From: a virus
Lineage: Duplodnaviria > Caudoviricetes
Length of the DNA stretch: 64,000 nucleotides
Direction: 5' to 3' (one strand)
Virus record (IMG/VR): IMGVR_UViG_2855946969_000005
Location: 1-64,000 of that record
This document shows, piece after piece, positions 15,359 through 25,075 of the stretch (its first letter is position 1; each line of letters starts with the position of its first letter). The position numbers and the translations under genes were made by a program. Below the pieces are notes generated by a model. It ran no database searches, was not told where the DNA came from, and worked only from the letters and a program-made list of their open reading frames with translations.

Positions 15359-18280
15359 TCACGCATACCTGTTGTTGAAGTTCCCGATCAGATCGGACCG
15401 CTGGCGCGATGCTGCGCCTGTGATGTGGCTCGCAGCCTCCTTCGGGTCGGAGACGCCGGTCACGGTTGCGGTCGTTGTGCGCTGATCGTTGAACGTCCGC
15501 TGATCGTAGACCGTTTTTCCGGCTTTGGAATCACCCGCTCCCAGCGGGCTCGTCTGGAAGGCGCCGCCCGCTTTCCACTGTTCGGCCGTCAGGCCGCGCG
15601 GGTTGATCTTGCCGATGCTGCCCTCTGCCTTGCCGATCCACATTTCTGGATAAGCCACAAGCGTTTGCTCGACCTTTTCGGCAGTTTGAAGGGCGACTTT
15701 TCTCAGCTTCTCAACGGCAGCATTGACCTCGGGTGCTAGGCCAGAGCCCTGGCCAGCCGTGTTACCGGCGCCGAACGAGTCGTTGAACCTCTGTTCAAAT
15801 GCAGAGCTGCCTTTGGGCTTGTCTGGGTCCTGTACTGCGCTTTGCATCCGCTCCAACATGGTCTGCGGATCAATCAGTTTGCCGTCCTTGTCCCGCATCT
15901 CAAGGTGTAGATGTGGGCCAGTTGAACGACTGTCGGTCGGGCCAACAGCGCCGATCCGCCCCCCTCCTTTCACAGCGTCACCCTGCTTCACCGAAGGGAC
16001 AACATGTCTATAAGTAGACGACGAACCGTCTTCGTGCTCGATGGTAATGTCGCCATGCTCATTGAGCTTGACCACCTTCCCATCTTTCAGTGCTTTCACC
16101 CCGGTCCCTGGCGTTGCGGCGAGATCGACTCCATTGTGATGACGGACATCGCCGTGGATGGGGTGTTGGCGCGGTCCAAACTTCGACGTGATGCGTCCGC
16201 CACCTTCCAAGACGTTGGCGCCGTCGCCACCAGCCTTTCCATTCGACCCGGTTTGGCCCCCTGATCGATCATCCCGCTCAAGGGCTCGTCGCGCAGCCTC
16301 ACGCTCCTTCGGGTGCGTCTTGAACCCCTCCCAAGCACCTAGGCCCTGCTGTCGCGCGATCCAATGCGCGATCTGATCTTGTGTCTTTTCATCGAACTTC
16401 GTTGTGTTCGGGTCAAGGCCAAGCGCTTTGATGGCTTCCTTGAGCGTAGAACCAACGATTTGGTATCGACCGAGCGCCGACGAATTCGGATTCCCAGGCT
16501 GTTGGCGCATGAACTTGCCGAGGTCTAGGATCTCAGCAAGTGTCTTGTCCGTAAGTGTTTGCTCTTTACCGCCAGGGAGATATTTACCGTAGCCTAGAGA
16601 GGTGTTGTAACCATTCCCGGGCCGGCCGGCAGTACCTTCGGCTCGCGCAATGTTATCAAGGAGGCCATCTGGCGCGGGACCTAAGCCCAACTTCCCCTTC
16701 ACCCAGCCGAGACCACGGCTGACGATGTTGGGGCCGCGCTCGGCACCCTGCTGAGTCTTGCCGTAGATGCGGTCGGCGATGCCCGGGTCGAGCGTGCGGA
16801 CAACGCTCTCGTGCCAGGACCGCGAGCCGGCCCCCGCGTCGAGGATACCGGCATCGTTGGCCACCTTGGCCGCGACGCCGATCCCGAGAAGGCCGAGCAG
16901 CCACGTGGGCGGACGCATGGCGCCGAGCGTCCCGAGCAGGCCCACGACCTTGCCTAGGGGTGCCAGCACCTTGGCCGCCAGCACGACCGCGAAGGCCGCG
17001 AAGGCCGCGGTGAGACCGTCCTGGCCGGTGATCGCCTTGGCGACCCGGTCGAAGCCCTCCCAGAGGTCCTTCAGGGCGTTCAGCGTGGACTGGATCGCGG
17101 GCCACCACCGATCCCACGGGATCAGGGTGTCCTTCGCGCCCTCGCGCCACTTCTGGTAGTCGTCGTAGAGGACGACGATTGCGCCCGCGAGCGCGAGCAG
17201 GGCCGCGACGGGCCCGCTCTTGAGCAGGAGGAGCGCGGTCGCCACCGCTGCGATCGAGATCAGGAACTGCTTCGTCGCCGGGTCGAGGTCGTTAAATTTG
17301 CCGATCAGGTCGACGACGCGGGTGGCCAGGCGCAGCAGGGTCTCACCGATGCCGATGACCGCCTTGGCGATTCCGTCCGCGTTGGCGAGCAGGTAGTCCG
17401 TCAGGCGCCCGATCTGCGCGCCGAACTTCGTCGTCAGCGCGGCGCCGATGCGGGTGAACAGGATGTCGACGGCGGCCCACATGCGCCGCCACATATTCAT
17501 GAAGGCGGCCGAGTCCTTGGCCGCGCGGTCGGGATCGACGCCGGCCTTGCCGAGCATCTCCCGGTATTCGAGGACCGCCTTCTTGAACGAGCCGTCCTTC
17601 AGCGCGATCAGCGTGCGCTCGTCGATCCCGAGCGCGTCCGCGTAGGCCTTGGCCTGGAAGTGCGGCATCTTGGCGAACGCGTCGCCGAGCTCCATCGTGA
17701 CCTCGGTGAGATCGCGGAGCTTGCCGTTCTGGCGCGTGGCGACGCCGAGGTTCTTGAGCATCCCCTCGTAGCCGGGGGAGGAGCGCATGTTCTGCGCCAG
17801 CGCCTCGAGCGAGCCCGCCGCGCCCTCGGCCGTCGAGCCGAGCTGCGAGGCGGCGTAGCTGAACGCCTTGAGGTTTCCGACCTTGGAGTTGGTGCGCTCG
17901 GAGGCGTAGTAGAGCTTCTCCAGCCCGTCCGAGATCTTCACGACCGCGGCAGTGGAGGCGAGGGCCGCGGCCTCCAGGGCGACCGCCATCGCGGCCACGC
18001 CCTTCACGAAGGCGGTCGTGCGCTCCTTGGCCGCCTTCGCGGCAGCGGACTCGGCGGCCTCCCGCTCCTTGGCCCGCTTCAGCGCATCCTTGGCCGCGCG
18101 GACATCCGCGTCGGCCTTGATCTTGTTCGCTTCCTGCGCCGACTTCGCGCCCGCGAGCCGGGCCGCCTCGGCCCGCTTCTCGGCCTCGATGACGGCCTTC
18201 TCGTAGGCCTTGACCGAGCCCTCCGCCTTGGACTGGGAGGCGGTGTCAACGCGCCAGCCCAGGAGGTAGACCGCGAAGCG
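15359..18280 (-). CDS. tape measure protein copy 2 with lambda-lysozyme/GH104-like and M23 peptidase domains; canonical start codon missing
   Basis: Paralogue of 33314-36265. LDNIARAEGT...YN...SSALGRYQIV..TL...F....QD, plus M23 motifs HNGVD and TGPHLHLE. The frame is open to 18280, but the first GTG is at 18007. Confidence 0.8.
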   Translation of the reverse strand, partial: RFAVYLLGWRVDTASQSKAEGSVKAYEKAVIEAEKRAEAARLAGAKSAQEANKIKADADVRAAKDALKRAKEREAAESAAAKAAKERTTAFVKGVAAMAVALEAAALASTAAVVKISDGLEKLYYASERTNSKVGNLKAFSYAASQLGSTAEGAAGSLEALAQNMRSSPGYEGMLKNLGVATRQNGKLRDLTEVTMELGDAFAKMPHFQAKAYADALGIDERTLIALKDGSFKKAVLEYREMLGKAGVDPDRAAKDSAAFMNMWRRMWAAVDILFTRIGAALTTKFGAQIGRLTDYLLANADGIAKAVIGIGETLLRLATRVVDLIGKFNDLDPATKQFLISIAAVATALLLLKSGPVAALLALAGAIVVLYDDYQKWREGAKDTLIPWDRWWPAIQSTLNALKDLWEGFDRVAKAITGQDGLTAAFAAFAVVLAAKVLAPLGKVVGLLGTLGAMRPPTWLLGLLGIGVAAKVANDAGILDAGAGSRSWHESVVRTLDPGIADRIYGKTQQGAERGPNIVSRGLGWVKGKLGLGPAPDGLLDNIARAEGTAGRPGNGYNTSLGYGKYLPGGKEQTLTDKTLAEILDLGKFMRQQPGNPNSSALGRYQIVGSTLKEAIKALGLDPNTTKFDEKTQDQIAHWIARQQGLGAWEGFKTHPKEREAARRALERDDRSGGQTGSNGKAGGDGANVLEGGGRITSKFGPRQHPIHGDVRHHNGVDLAATPGTGVKALKDGKVVKLNEHGDITIEHEDGSSSTYRHVVPSVKQGDAVKGGGRIGAVGPTDSRSTGPHLHLEMRDKDGKLIDPQTMLERMQSAVQDPDKPKGSSAFEQRFNDSFGAGNTAGQGSGLAPEVNAAVEKLRKVALQTAEKVEQTLVAYPEMWIGKAEGSIGKINPRGLTAEQWKAGGAFQTSPLGAGDSKAGKTVYDQRTFNDQRTTTATVTGVSDPKEAASHITGAASRQRSDLIGNFNNRYA

Positions 18281-18282
18281 GC

Positions 18283-19209
18283 CTAGGCCCGCCCCAGCTT
18301 CGTCTGGGCTGTCGTAGAGGCCCCAAGCGCGTTGCAGACGAACTCAGAATACCAAGCCTCGCCTCTGGTGTCTCCGATGTGATTTACAGACGATACTTTG
18401 TAGGTTCCGTCAGTCGAGATCGTGCCGAGATTAGGCTCAGACTTGTTAACTTCGCCTTTTACTGAGAGATCGAACGGGGATAGATCAATTGACCTTTCGT
18501 CAATTACAACCTTGTGTCCGGCCTGGATCCTGGCATTAAGGAGGGATCTGCCAACGATGCCCTGCTCAGTTTGCAACGGTCTTCCTATGAGACCGCTATT
18601 AGAATTCAATACAACAGGCCCGCCGGGAAGCGCCTCGCCAGCGGGCAGTACGTTCAGTCTGCCGTCCCGGATCAGCCATGTGCAGCCGAGGGACTGCGCG
18701 AGCCGTCTCATCGTATCGCGGGCCATGCCAAAATGAACCTGCGCCCTGGGATCCTTGGTCTGGGCAAGAATCTTGGGGATGTTCCCGGCAGTGATGCCAT
18801 AGGGCTTCATCGCTTCAAGAACGATGTCTAGTATGTCTTTACCTGTTGAATTCGCCGGCAACGACTTTGACACTGAAGCGTACTGATACGGCTTGAGGCC
18901 GTCCTGTGCGAATATGTCAACGTATGTGTCTGTCGGGCTTTCGCGACCAATATTGCGTGCCCGAACCTCGCCCGAAAAAATTTGCGAGTAGAGTCCGGCA
19001 TACCCGGCGATTAGGGCAATTCTTCCGCCTCGTTTTGGTATGGACCGCGCCGTACTATCGGAGAGGTTCGTTATTCGGATGGCTGCAGCTCGCGGTGTCT
19101 GAACCACCGGGTCGGTGATCCGGAAGCGCACCCGGAACTCGGACAGGTCGAGCGTGCCGCCACCGCTGCCGACATGAAGCTGGCAGATCCTGCCGTACAG
19201 TTGCGTCAT
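18283..19209 (-). CDS. baseplate hub protein, copy 2
   Basis: Full-length paralogue of 7593-8522 (for example GGTLDLSEFRVRFRI, QVHFGMARDTMRRLAQSLGCTW). Lower GC than copy 1. Confidence 0.85.
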   Translation of the reverse strand: MTQLYGRICQLHVGSGGGTLDLSEFRVRFRITDPVVQTPRAAAIRITNLSDSTARSIPKRGGRIALIAGYAGLYSQIFSGEVRARNIGRESPTDTYVDIFAQDGLKPYQYASVSKSLPANSTGKDILDIVLEAMKPYGITAGNIPKILAQTKDPRAQVHFGMARDTMRRLAQSLGCTWLIRDGRLNVLPAGEALPGGPVVLNSNSGLIGRPLQTEQGIVGRSLLNARIQAGHKVVIDERSIDLSPFDLSVKGEVNKSEPNLGTISTDGTYKVSSVNHIGDTRGEAWYSEFVCNALGASTTAQTKLGRA

Positions 19210-19218
19210 TCGGCTTGC

Positions 19219-19656
19219 CTACTTATGCCTGATCTCGAATGTGTATGCATCCGAGATTGACTTGAGGTCCGGCAGGCCGGGGCTATTGAGCGGTTGCCCT
19301 TCGGCAATCTTGGCTTTGACTGCCCGAATTACGCACTCGCTCGCTTGATGGGCTTCGGCCTCGGCCCCTGCCGCATCCCCCAATACTGCGCGCCGCGCGG
19401 CCTCTACCATGTGGCCGGCAACTTCGGGGTGGGCGCCCTCTATGGCGCGCCGTAAGTGAAAATCCGGCGGGAGATTGATTTCGGGTGCGCCCGTCTCATG
19501 CAGATAGCCAACACCCGCTGCGCTGACCAGCGTCCCACTTGCCTGCACATTCGCAGACGCCTCTGCGGGGATCCCTATTGCTATCTGGATCTGCCCTAGT
19601 TCGGCTATGCGGCGCTCAATGGCACCGAAGCCGGGACCTTTGCGAATGACGGGCAT
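19219..19656 (-). CDS. diverged paralogue of neck/tail-completion protein 40030-40584
   Basis: KGPG...IAIGIPAE...A.VGYLHETGAPEINLP versus KGPG...VLVGVPAE...AYIHDTGMPEQNIP. Confidence 0.7.
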   Translation of the reverse strand: MPVIRKGPGFGAIERRIAELGQIQIAIGIPAEASANVQASGTLVSAAGVGYLHETGAPEINLPPDFHLRRAIEGAHPEVAGHMVEAARRAVLGDAAGAEAEAHQASECVIRAVKAKIAEGQPLNSPGLPDLKSISDAYTFEIRHK

Positions 19657-19725
19657 GGGTGCTCCACACGCCCGCGGATGCGGGCGCCTTAGAAGGCTTT
19701 GAATGAGAAGGGGGGGGCGTGCGCG

Positions 19726-19881
19726 AGATGCGCAAAGCAAAAGGCCCCGCGTCATCGCAGGGCCTCTGATCCAAGGTCGGTTGTGCGCGAAATTCTCGCT
19801 GGGGACAAGCGGTTTTGCTCGCCGCGTCACCTAGTCGTCGCAGGATCGGTTATGGCCCAAGTTCCAGCGCCGGTCTAGGGG
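19726..19881 (-). promoter_or_regulatory. conserved non-coding element, copy 2
   Basis: Collinear with 9612-9764. Confidence 0.65.
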
Positions 19882-20060
19882 GAGCCAAGATCGCAGCGCC
19901 CCCTCGGCCCGGCAAGTACGGCGCCGATGGAGTCCAGGGGACGGACCGCATCAGGCTATATCTCAAATCGCAGTCGCACCGTAGCATCAGAGGCGCATTA
20001 GGTCGTATCAATCGAGCCGCCGTCAATCAGTGCGGCTCATTAAGAGGTCCGGGGGAAGCG

Positions 20061-21256
20061 GTGGCCAACAAGAAAAGGCAGCACTTTATCCCCAAATATG
20101 TACTTAGGAATTTTGCGGTTGACGGCCACAAAGCGCCCAAGGACAGAAAGCAGATTGCCCTATACAATCTCAATAAGGGTTTTTCTGTGCGCGCTGCGTC
20201 ACTTAAAGAGCAATGCTATCGAGATTATATGTACGGGAAAGATCTCGTTCTTGAGGACCATCTCGGGATAATGGAGGGCGTATTCGGGGAGATCACAACA
20301 AACGCAATAAGCAGGAATGCCCTTAGCCGAAGCTTTGATGACATAGCTGCCATTGCATTTATGGTCGCGCTACAGAAAGGCCGAACTGCTGCTTCAGAAG
20401 ACGATGCCAACTCCATGGTCGACAAGATGATGAAGATGGTAGCCTACGGGCGATTTCCTCGGGAGCAGCTTGAGCAGTTCAAAATAGGACTTACAAACGC
20501 CGCTGGCATCAACATCACGGCGGCAATGCGCGCTAGCCCTGTCATATTCGATCTAAAGCAGAAGCTTATACTTAACAAAACCAAGACACCATTCGTTTTG
20601 TCCGACAATCCCGTTTGCATGACAAACTTTTTTGCCGCAGAAAATTCGGCGAGGAGTTTGGCCTCGGCCTGGCTGCTGCGGGCCTGCAAATCTATATGCC
20701 AGTCTCGTCGTCGCATGCTCTGATTTTGTATGACGGAAATGTTTACTCATGCGACTCAGGAAATGCAATATCAATCAGCAATGTCGACGAGATATGGGCC
20801 TTAAACAGGATATCCTATTTCAATTCGAGGGAGAACATATATTTCAATGGGAATCTGTCGGAGACAGATATCTCGCGCTTCCGACAAATGGGCAAGCCGG
20901 CCAACGGCGAAGTCTTTGAGCGTCTGGAGGAAGTCGGCCCAGGGACTTACAGGCTCACCCAAAAAGACGAATATGAGGGGCCGTCAGAAGGGGTGACATC
21001 TGAGATCATCAGGTTCGGCAAACAACACCTCCCAGAAGATATCCGACTGCGCGCGTTGCGCCTGCGCAACAAACCGCAATATCACTATAATGGAACGCTG
21101 GCTGGCCCCCAGCGGGATCCGGCGTGGCTCGAAATCGTTGATGACTTTTCTGGACTTTTAGAGAAAAAGTTTGTCAAACTAACGCGGATACTGGACTATG
21201 CAAAAAATCATGCGTTGCGGGATCGCGTGGGATCCTGGATCAACAGGGTCGATTGA
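20061..21256 (+). pseudogene. DUF4238-like protein split by a frameshift (or sequencing error) in a T6 tract
   Basis: KRQHFIPKYVLRNF, FVLSDNPV and LQIYMPVS motifs lie in two frames joined at TTTTTT 20628-20633. Low GC. Confidence 0.75.
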
Positions 21257-21401
21257 GCGCGGCGCCGCCCCGGAGTAGGCAGTGAGTTGTTATGGGCGCG
21301 CCGGTGCGTCGAGTCTCCTAGGCCCAGCCGATCCGCCGCCTCAGATCTCGGAGAGGGGGTTATCCACAGGCTAAGCGCTCGGGCGCTGCTTGCACGATTT
21401 A

Positions 21402-21427
21402 GAACAATACGGGAACATGCGTGGAAC
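21402..21427 (+). promoter_or_regulatory. tandem alphaproteobacterial LexA boxes
   Basis: GAAC-N7-GAAC-N7-GAAC. Confidence 0.75.
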
Positions 21428-21483
21428 CATGCTCGGACCGGCGCACGGTCGGACACCGCGGCGCTCTATGGAGAAGCCTAGCC

Positions 21484-21735
21484 ATGACCCTACGCACGAG
21501 CTTCATGGTGCAAACCTTCGGTATCCACCGGAAGCAACTTCGGCCGAACCGGCCCGAGCCGGCATCCACGGCCAGCGGCGCGCTCAAGAAGGCGGAGGCG
21601 ATGGCCGGGCGCATGCCGGGCACCGCGGCCCTTCAGATCGTCGCCGATGACGAGACCGGGGAGTTGGAGAGCGCGACCATCCTGGGCCAGTTCGGGCAGG
21701 TGCCGGACGATTTCGCGGAGAGCTTGACCGGATAA
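21484..21735 (+). CDS. small, probably SOS-regulated hypothetical protein
   Basis: FMVQTF...D.ETGE.....ILGQFGQVPD, with LexA boxes upstream. Confidence 0.7.
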   Translation: MTLRTSFMVQTFGIHRKQLRPNRPEPASTASGALKKAEAMAGRMPGTAALQIVADDETGELESATILGQFGQVPDDFAESLTG

Positions 21736-21782
21736 CTGCGCCCTGCGGGCTAGTATGAGTAGTCGGCAGGGGAGGGGGGCGA

Positions 21783-22253
21783 ATGGCCAAGGATGCCCGT
21801 CTGCGGACGCCCGTGGATGATGCGTACCTGATCTCCCTCGGGCGTGCGCTCTACGCCTTCGCATGCCTTGAGTGGAATGCGCTTTGTTGCTGTGACCGCA
21901 TGAAGCCGGGGTACGTTCACAAGGCGGACAAAGTGACGGCCAAAGGTCTTGCCAAGGATGTAGCGAAGTACGCCGGTAGGCTAGCTGAAGAAAACGTGCG
22001 CCTCGCCTGCGTTGCCGCCGCTGAAGAGTTCGGGCGACTCGCCGATCTGCGAAACGACATCTATCACTCTCATCCGGCCACCCTGAGCGATGGGTCGCAG
22101 AGACTACTTCGCCGTCAAAGAGCCCTGACGATTGAAGAGATTGACGACGCTGCGGACGCTTTCACCGAATGCAGCATGACCCTCAACGTGCTATTGCATG
22201 GCCCGCTCAGGGAAGTGTTAGAGCTTAGTCCGTCTGCTCAGGAACCGACTTGA
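21783..22253 (+). CDS. hypothetical protein
   Basis: 156 aa, RBS GGAGG, R-N-x3-H motif (LRNDIYHS, possibly HEPN-like). Confidence 0.6.
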   Translation: MAKDARLRTPVDDAYLISLGRALYAFACLEWNALCCCDRMKPGYVHKADKVTAKGLAKDVAKYAGRLAEENVRLACVAAAEEFGRLADLRNDIYHSHPATLSDGSQRLLRRQRALTIEEIDDAADAFTECSMTLNVLLHGPLREVLELSPSAQEPT

Positions 22254-22759
22254 ACCTAAGCAATGAGGATCGCCTAATGCAGCACTACCTACCGGGCCGG
22301 GTCTGTTCGGTCGATGACCTGAAGGCCGGCGACTGCGCCCTGGTCCGCGTCGAGAGCGGCACCGTTCGGCTCGCCTTCGTCGTGGACCTCGGGGGCGAGT
22401 TGGGGTTGCTCGACCCGCTCGGGACGCATGAAGGCACCGCCCGGCCGGTCGTCTACAAGCTGTCCAGCTTCAACAACGAGGACTGCTTGGCCTTGGGCCA
22501 AGCGCGCATCGTGCCGAACGTGACGCCGGATTGGCTGCGCTACGGGCAGTGGACCGAGCTTCCGGCGACGACGCTGTACGTGGCCAATGACACCATGGTG
22601 ATCCGCGCCATGAACGGACACCGGGTCGCAACCTTTGATCTGGTCACCGGCCGGCTCGCGCGCGCCGCCACCGAGTCGATGTTCCACACGCCCGTGTGGC
22701 GCGTCGAGGTGCCGAGGGCAGATGGGAAGTACGAGACGCTGGCCGAGTTTGGGGGCTGA
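22250..22759 (+). CDS. hypothetical protein
   Basis: Overlaps the stop of the previous gene, globular composition. Confidence 0.6.
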   Translation: MNLSNEDRLMQHYLPGRVCSVDDLKAGDCALVRVESGTVRLAFVVDLGGELGLLDPLGTHEGTARPVVYKLSSFNNEDCLALGQARIVPNVTPDWLRYGQWTELPATTLYVANDTMVIRAMNGHRVATFDLVTGRLARAATESMFHTPVWRVEVPRADGKYETLAEFGG

Positions 22760-22804
22760 TCCAGAAGAGACGGGGGAGGCGCCCCAACGCCGAGCGTCGG
22801 AGGC

Positions 22805-23014
22805 TCAGGCGCGGCGCTTCACCTCTTCGCCGCCGCCCGTGAGGGGCGCCGGGCTCTCGCGCAGGATTGGCAACGGGGCTGCGCCCCGCGAACCGGCCGG
22901 ATTGAGGACCGCAGCGCGGAAGGCCGGATCGAAGGCCAGATTGCGCATGTAGCCCTTCGTCCGCTGCTCAGCGGTCGCGGCCAATCGCTCTAGTTCCTCG
23001 CGCGTCATCGTCAT
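22805..23014 (-). CDS. small hypothetical protein
   Basis: 69 aa, ATG overlaps the upstream stop. Confidence 0.4.
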   Translation of the reverse strand: MTMTREELERLAATAEQRTKGYMRNLAFDPAFRAAVLNPAGSRGAAPLPILRESPAPLTGGGEEVKRRA

Positions 23015-23472
23015 TCCTCGCAGCCCTGAGGATCGGGAGCGGTGTGAACTTTGTCAACACGCGGGGGCTTGATGCGTTCGGCCCTCCATGCCTTTCGCCC
23101 GTGCCGCAGGGGCGTCTCCGTCACGCCATAGCCAGCAGACACAACGGCGCGGCGCCAGATTTCATATTTTAGAAGCGCACGCGGCGATAGATCATCGTCG
23201 TACGTGAACCAAACGAGGTCATCCGGTTTCAAGCCGAGAAGCAGCAGGCGAATAGCCCGGCGCGTGTTGTAGACGATCGCCGATCGCTGGTGTACATCGA
23301 AAATTCTTTGCGTCTCCCGTCCGCTCCAATACGTATAAAAACTGCCCGTTGCGGCGCGGGTTTCGAGGATGTGAAAGTACAACTCCAAATCCCCGCCGGG
23401 CAGGGAGTCTAGGCCAACAACGCCTGTGTAGAGTAGCCCTGCGACGGGGTTCGATCCGATGTCTATAACGAC
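23011..23472 (-). CDS. hypothetical protein (start uncertain)
   Basis: Protein-like C-terminal part of ORF 23011-23709. Confidence 0.4.
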   Translation of the reverse strand, partial: VVIDIGSNPVAGLLYTGVVGLDSLPGGDLELYFHILETRAATGSFYTYWSGRETQRIFDVHQRSAIVYNTRRAIRLLLLGLKPDDLVWFTYDDDLSPRALLKYEIWRRAVVSAGYGVTETPLRHGRKAWRAERIKPPRVDKVHTAPDPQGCEE

Positions 23473-23609
23473 CGAACCCAACTTGCCGTCAGGCAGGAGG
23501 CGCAAGGGCAGGCGGACAACCGGGACACGCCTAGCTCGCGAGTAGCCCACTTTGCGCCCGGCTCGCCCGCCGCCGACGCGCCTGCCATGAAGCTGGACGG
23601 GCAAGGCCT

Positions 23610-23864
23610 CTAGCCCCGCACGGGCGCGCCGCCCTGCAGGTGCGCGGCCAACTTCTGGATGTCGTCCCATCCGATGATGGCGAAGCCATCGAGCGTGATG
23701 TCTAGCCAAGCCGGCGCCGGATCCAACGCGGCGAACTCATGGGCCCACCGAACGCAGTCGGCGAGCGTCCCGTCGCGGTTCGGGAGCGGGAAGCTCGGTG
23801 GCCAGACCACCAGCTTGGCAGCTTGGCCGAAGGGGATCGGGTCGGCCTGGAAAATGGAGCGCAT
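23610..23864 (-). CDS. hypothetical protein
   Basis: 84 aa, protein-like composition. Confidence 0.5.
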   Translation of the reverse strand: MRSIFQADPIPFGQAAKLVVWPPSFPLPNRDGTLADCVRWAHEFAALDPAPAWLDITLDGFAIIGWDDIQKLAAHLQGGAPVRG

Positions 23865-23906
23865 AACCAGACCCGTCGCGAGTTTTCGGCGTGCTCGGTG
23901 CGTCCG

Positions 23907-24131
23907 TTACGCCCGCGTGCGTGCCGGCTCAGGCGGAGCAGGCACCCTGCCATGCATCATCCGGTCCGTTCGGCGCATCGTCGTGGCAAGGGCGCCCTTT
24001 GCCAGGGCGTCGCGCTCTTTCCGCGCAGCATCGACCTGGGCAGCGCTTCGCATGACTGCGCGCCGCGACAGAAGGGCGAGGACCAGCGCCAGGGCCGGCG
24101 GGACAGCGAGGTAGAGGTAGGACCACTCCAT
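23907..24131 (-). CDS. small membrane protein
   Basis: MEWSYLYLAVPPALALVLALL TM segment, coupled to the upstream gene. Confidence 0.5.
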   Translation of the reverse strand: MEWSYLYLAVPPALALVLALLSRRAVMRSAAQVDAARKERDALAKGALATTMRRTDRMMHGRVPAPPEPARTRA

Positions 24132-24451
24132 CAGCGGAGACTTTCGAGCATCGTGCGCGCCCACCAATGTAGTGCACCCGAGACCAAGGTCCAAACGACC
24201 ATCGTGAGCAGGGTTAGCTGACCGGGAGGGGGCGCAGCCGCGAGGGGGTAGCTGAGCCCGACAAGGGGCAGCACGACGCCTCCTCCGAACAGGCCGAGCG
24301 CCGTGGTGTTGATCGTGGTGGCCGAGAGCTTGGCCTTCTCGTTGTGGATCGCCGTCAGGCGCGCCAGCGCCGCGTTCGCCTCGTTCAGGCGCTCGATCTC
24401 GATAAGCCGGAGGTCTTCCCTCTGGGACTCGGGCTGGGCGGTGCCGGTCAC
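24131..24451 (-). CDS. two-TM membrane protein
   Basis: HNEKAKLSAT..N followed by two hydrophobic segments, coupled to the XRE gene. Confidence 0.6.
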   Translation of the reverse strand: MTGTAQPESQREDLRLIEIERLNEANAALARLTAIHNEKAKLSATTINTTALGLFGGGVVLPLVGLSYPLAAAPPPGQLTLLTMVVWTLVSGALHWWARTMLESLR

Positions 24452-24702
24452 GCCTGAGGGTCTTTCAGGCGGACGCCTGCGCCCTCAGCCCCTCCTGGAA
24501 TGAAGGCGATGCCCGCCGATTCAAGGGCGGCCTGAAGGTCGTCAACCGTCCGCTCTCTCACCTGCCGCTTCGCTTGCTCAAAATCGGCAATGGCCGCGCG
24601 CGAGACCTTGCTGGCCGCAGCAAGATCCTCGCGGCTCCAGTCCAAAAGCGCTCGCGCCGCTCGACACTGAGCCCCGGTTATCGTCTTTTCGTCGGAATTC
24701 AT
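24448..24702 (-). CDS. XRE-family HTH regulator (island 2)
   Basis: ITGAQCRAARALLDWSREDLA...IADFE...LESAGIAFI...GAGVRL. Confidence 0.9.
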   Translation of the reverse strand: MNSDEKTITGAQCRAARALLDWSREDLAAASKVSRAAIADFEQAKRQVRERTVDDLQAALESAGIAFIPGGAEGAGVRLKDPQA

Positions 24703-24772
24703 GCAAAATGACTTGCCAAGGCCGGTTTCAGTCGATATAACTGAAATCACACGAACCGCCAAGGCTCTTCTG

Positions 24773-25063
24773 ATGCCCCGCACCCTCTCCTGGAATAACG
24801 CCCTTCGCGGCCTCCACGCTGACCGCGCCGCTGTCGTCCCTGGTCTCGCCGGTGCCCGCGCCATGGTCCAGACCTTCGCCCGCACCCGCGGCGCGCTGGT
24901 CGTCGCCGGCCAGTTCGATCGCAAGGCGATCATGGCTCACGCTGCCGCCGCCGCGAAGCTCCACCAGCGCCGGTACGGCGGCACCTGGGCCGAGGCGATG
25001 TCCGTCGCGCTTCGCGCCTCGTGGCAGGCCGCGCGCGCCGTGCGCCCGGCAACCCGGCACTGA
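24773..25063 (+). CDS. hypothetical protein, paralogue of 12526-12822
   Basis: Same motifs and same divergent arrangement with an XRE gene. Confidence 0.8.
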   Translation: MPRTLSWNNALRGLHADRAAVVPGLAGARAMVQTFARTRGALVVAGQFDRKAIMAHAAAAAKLHQRRYGGTWAEAMSVALRASWQAARAVRPATRH

Positions 25064-25075
25064 GGGGAAGGCACG

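Noticed and set aside
21360-21368. DnaA box TTATCCACA
   Set aside because: Single copy with no AT-rich unwinding region, so no evidence for an origin.
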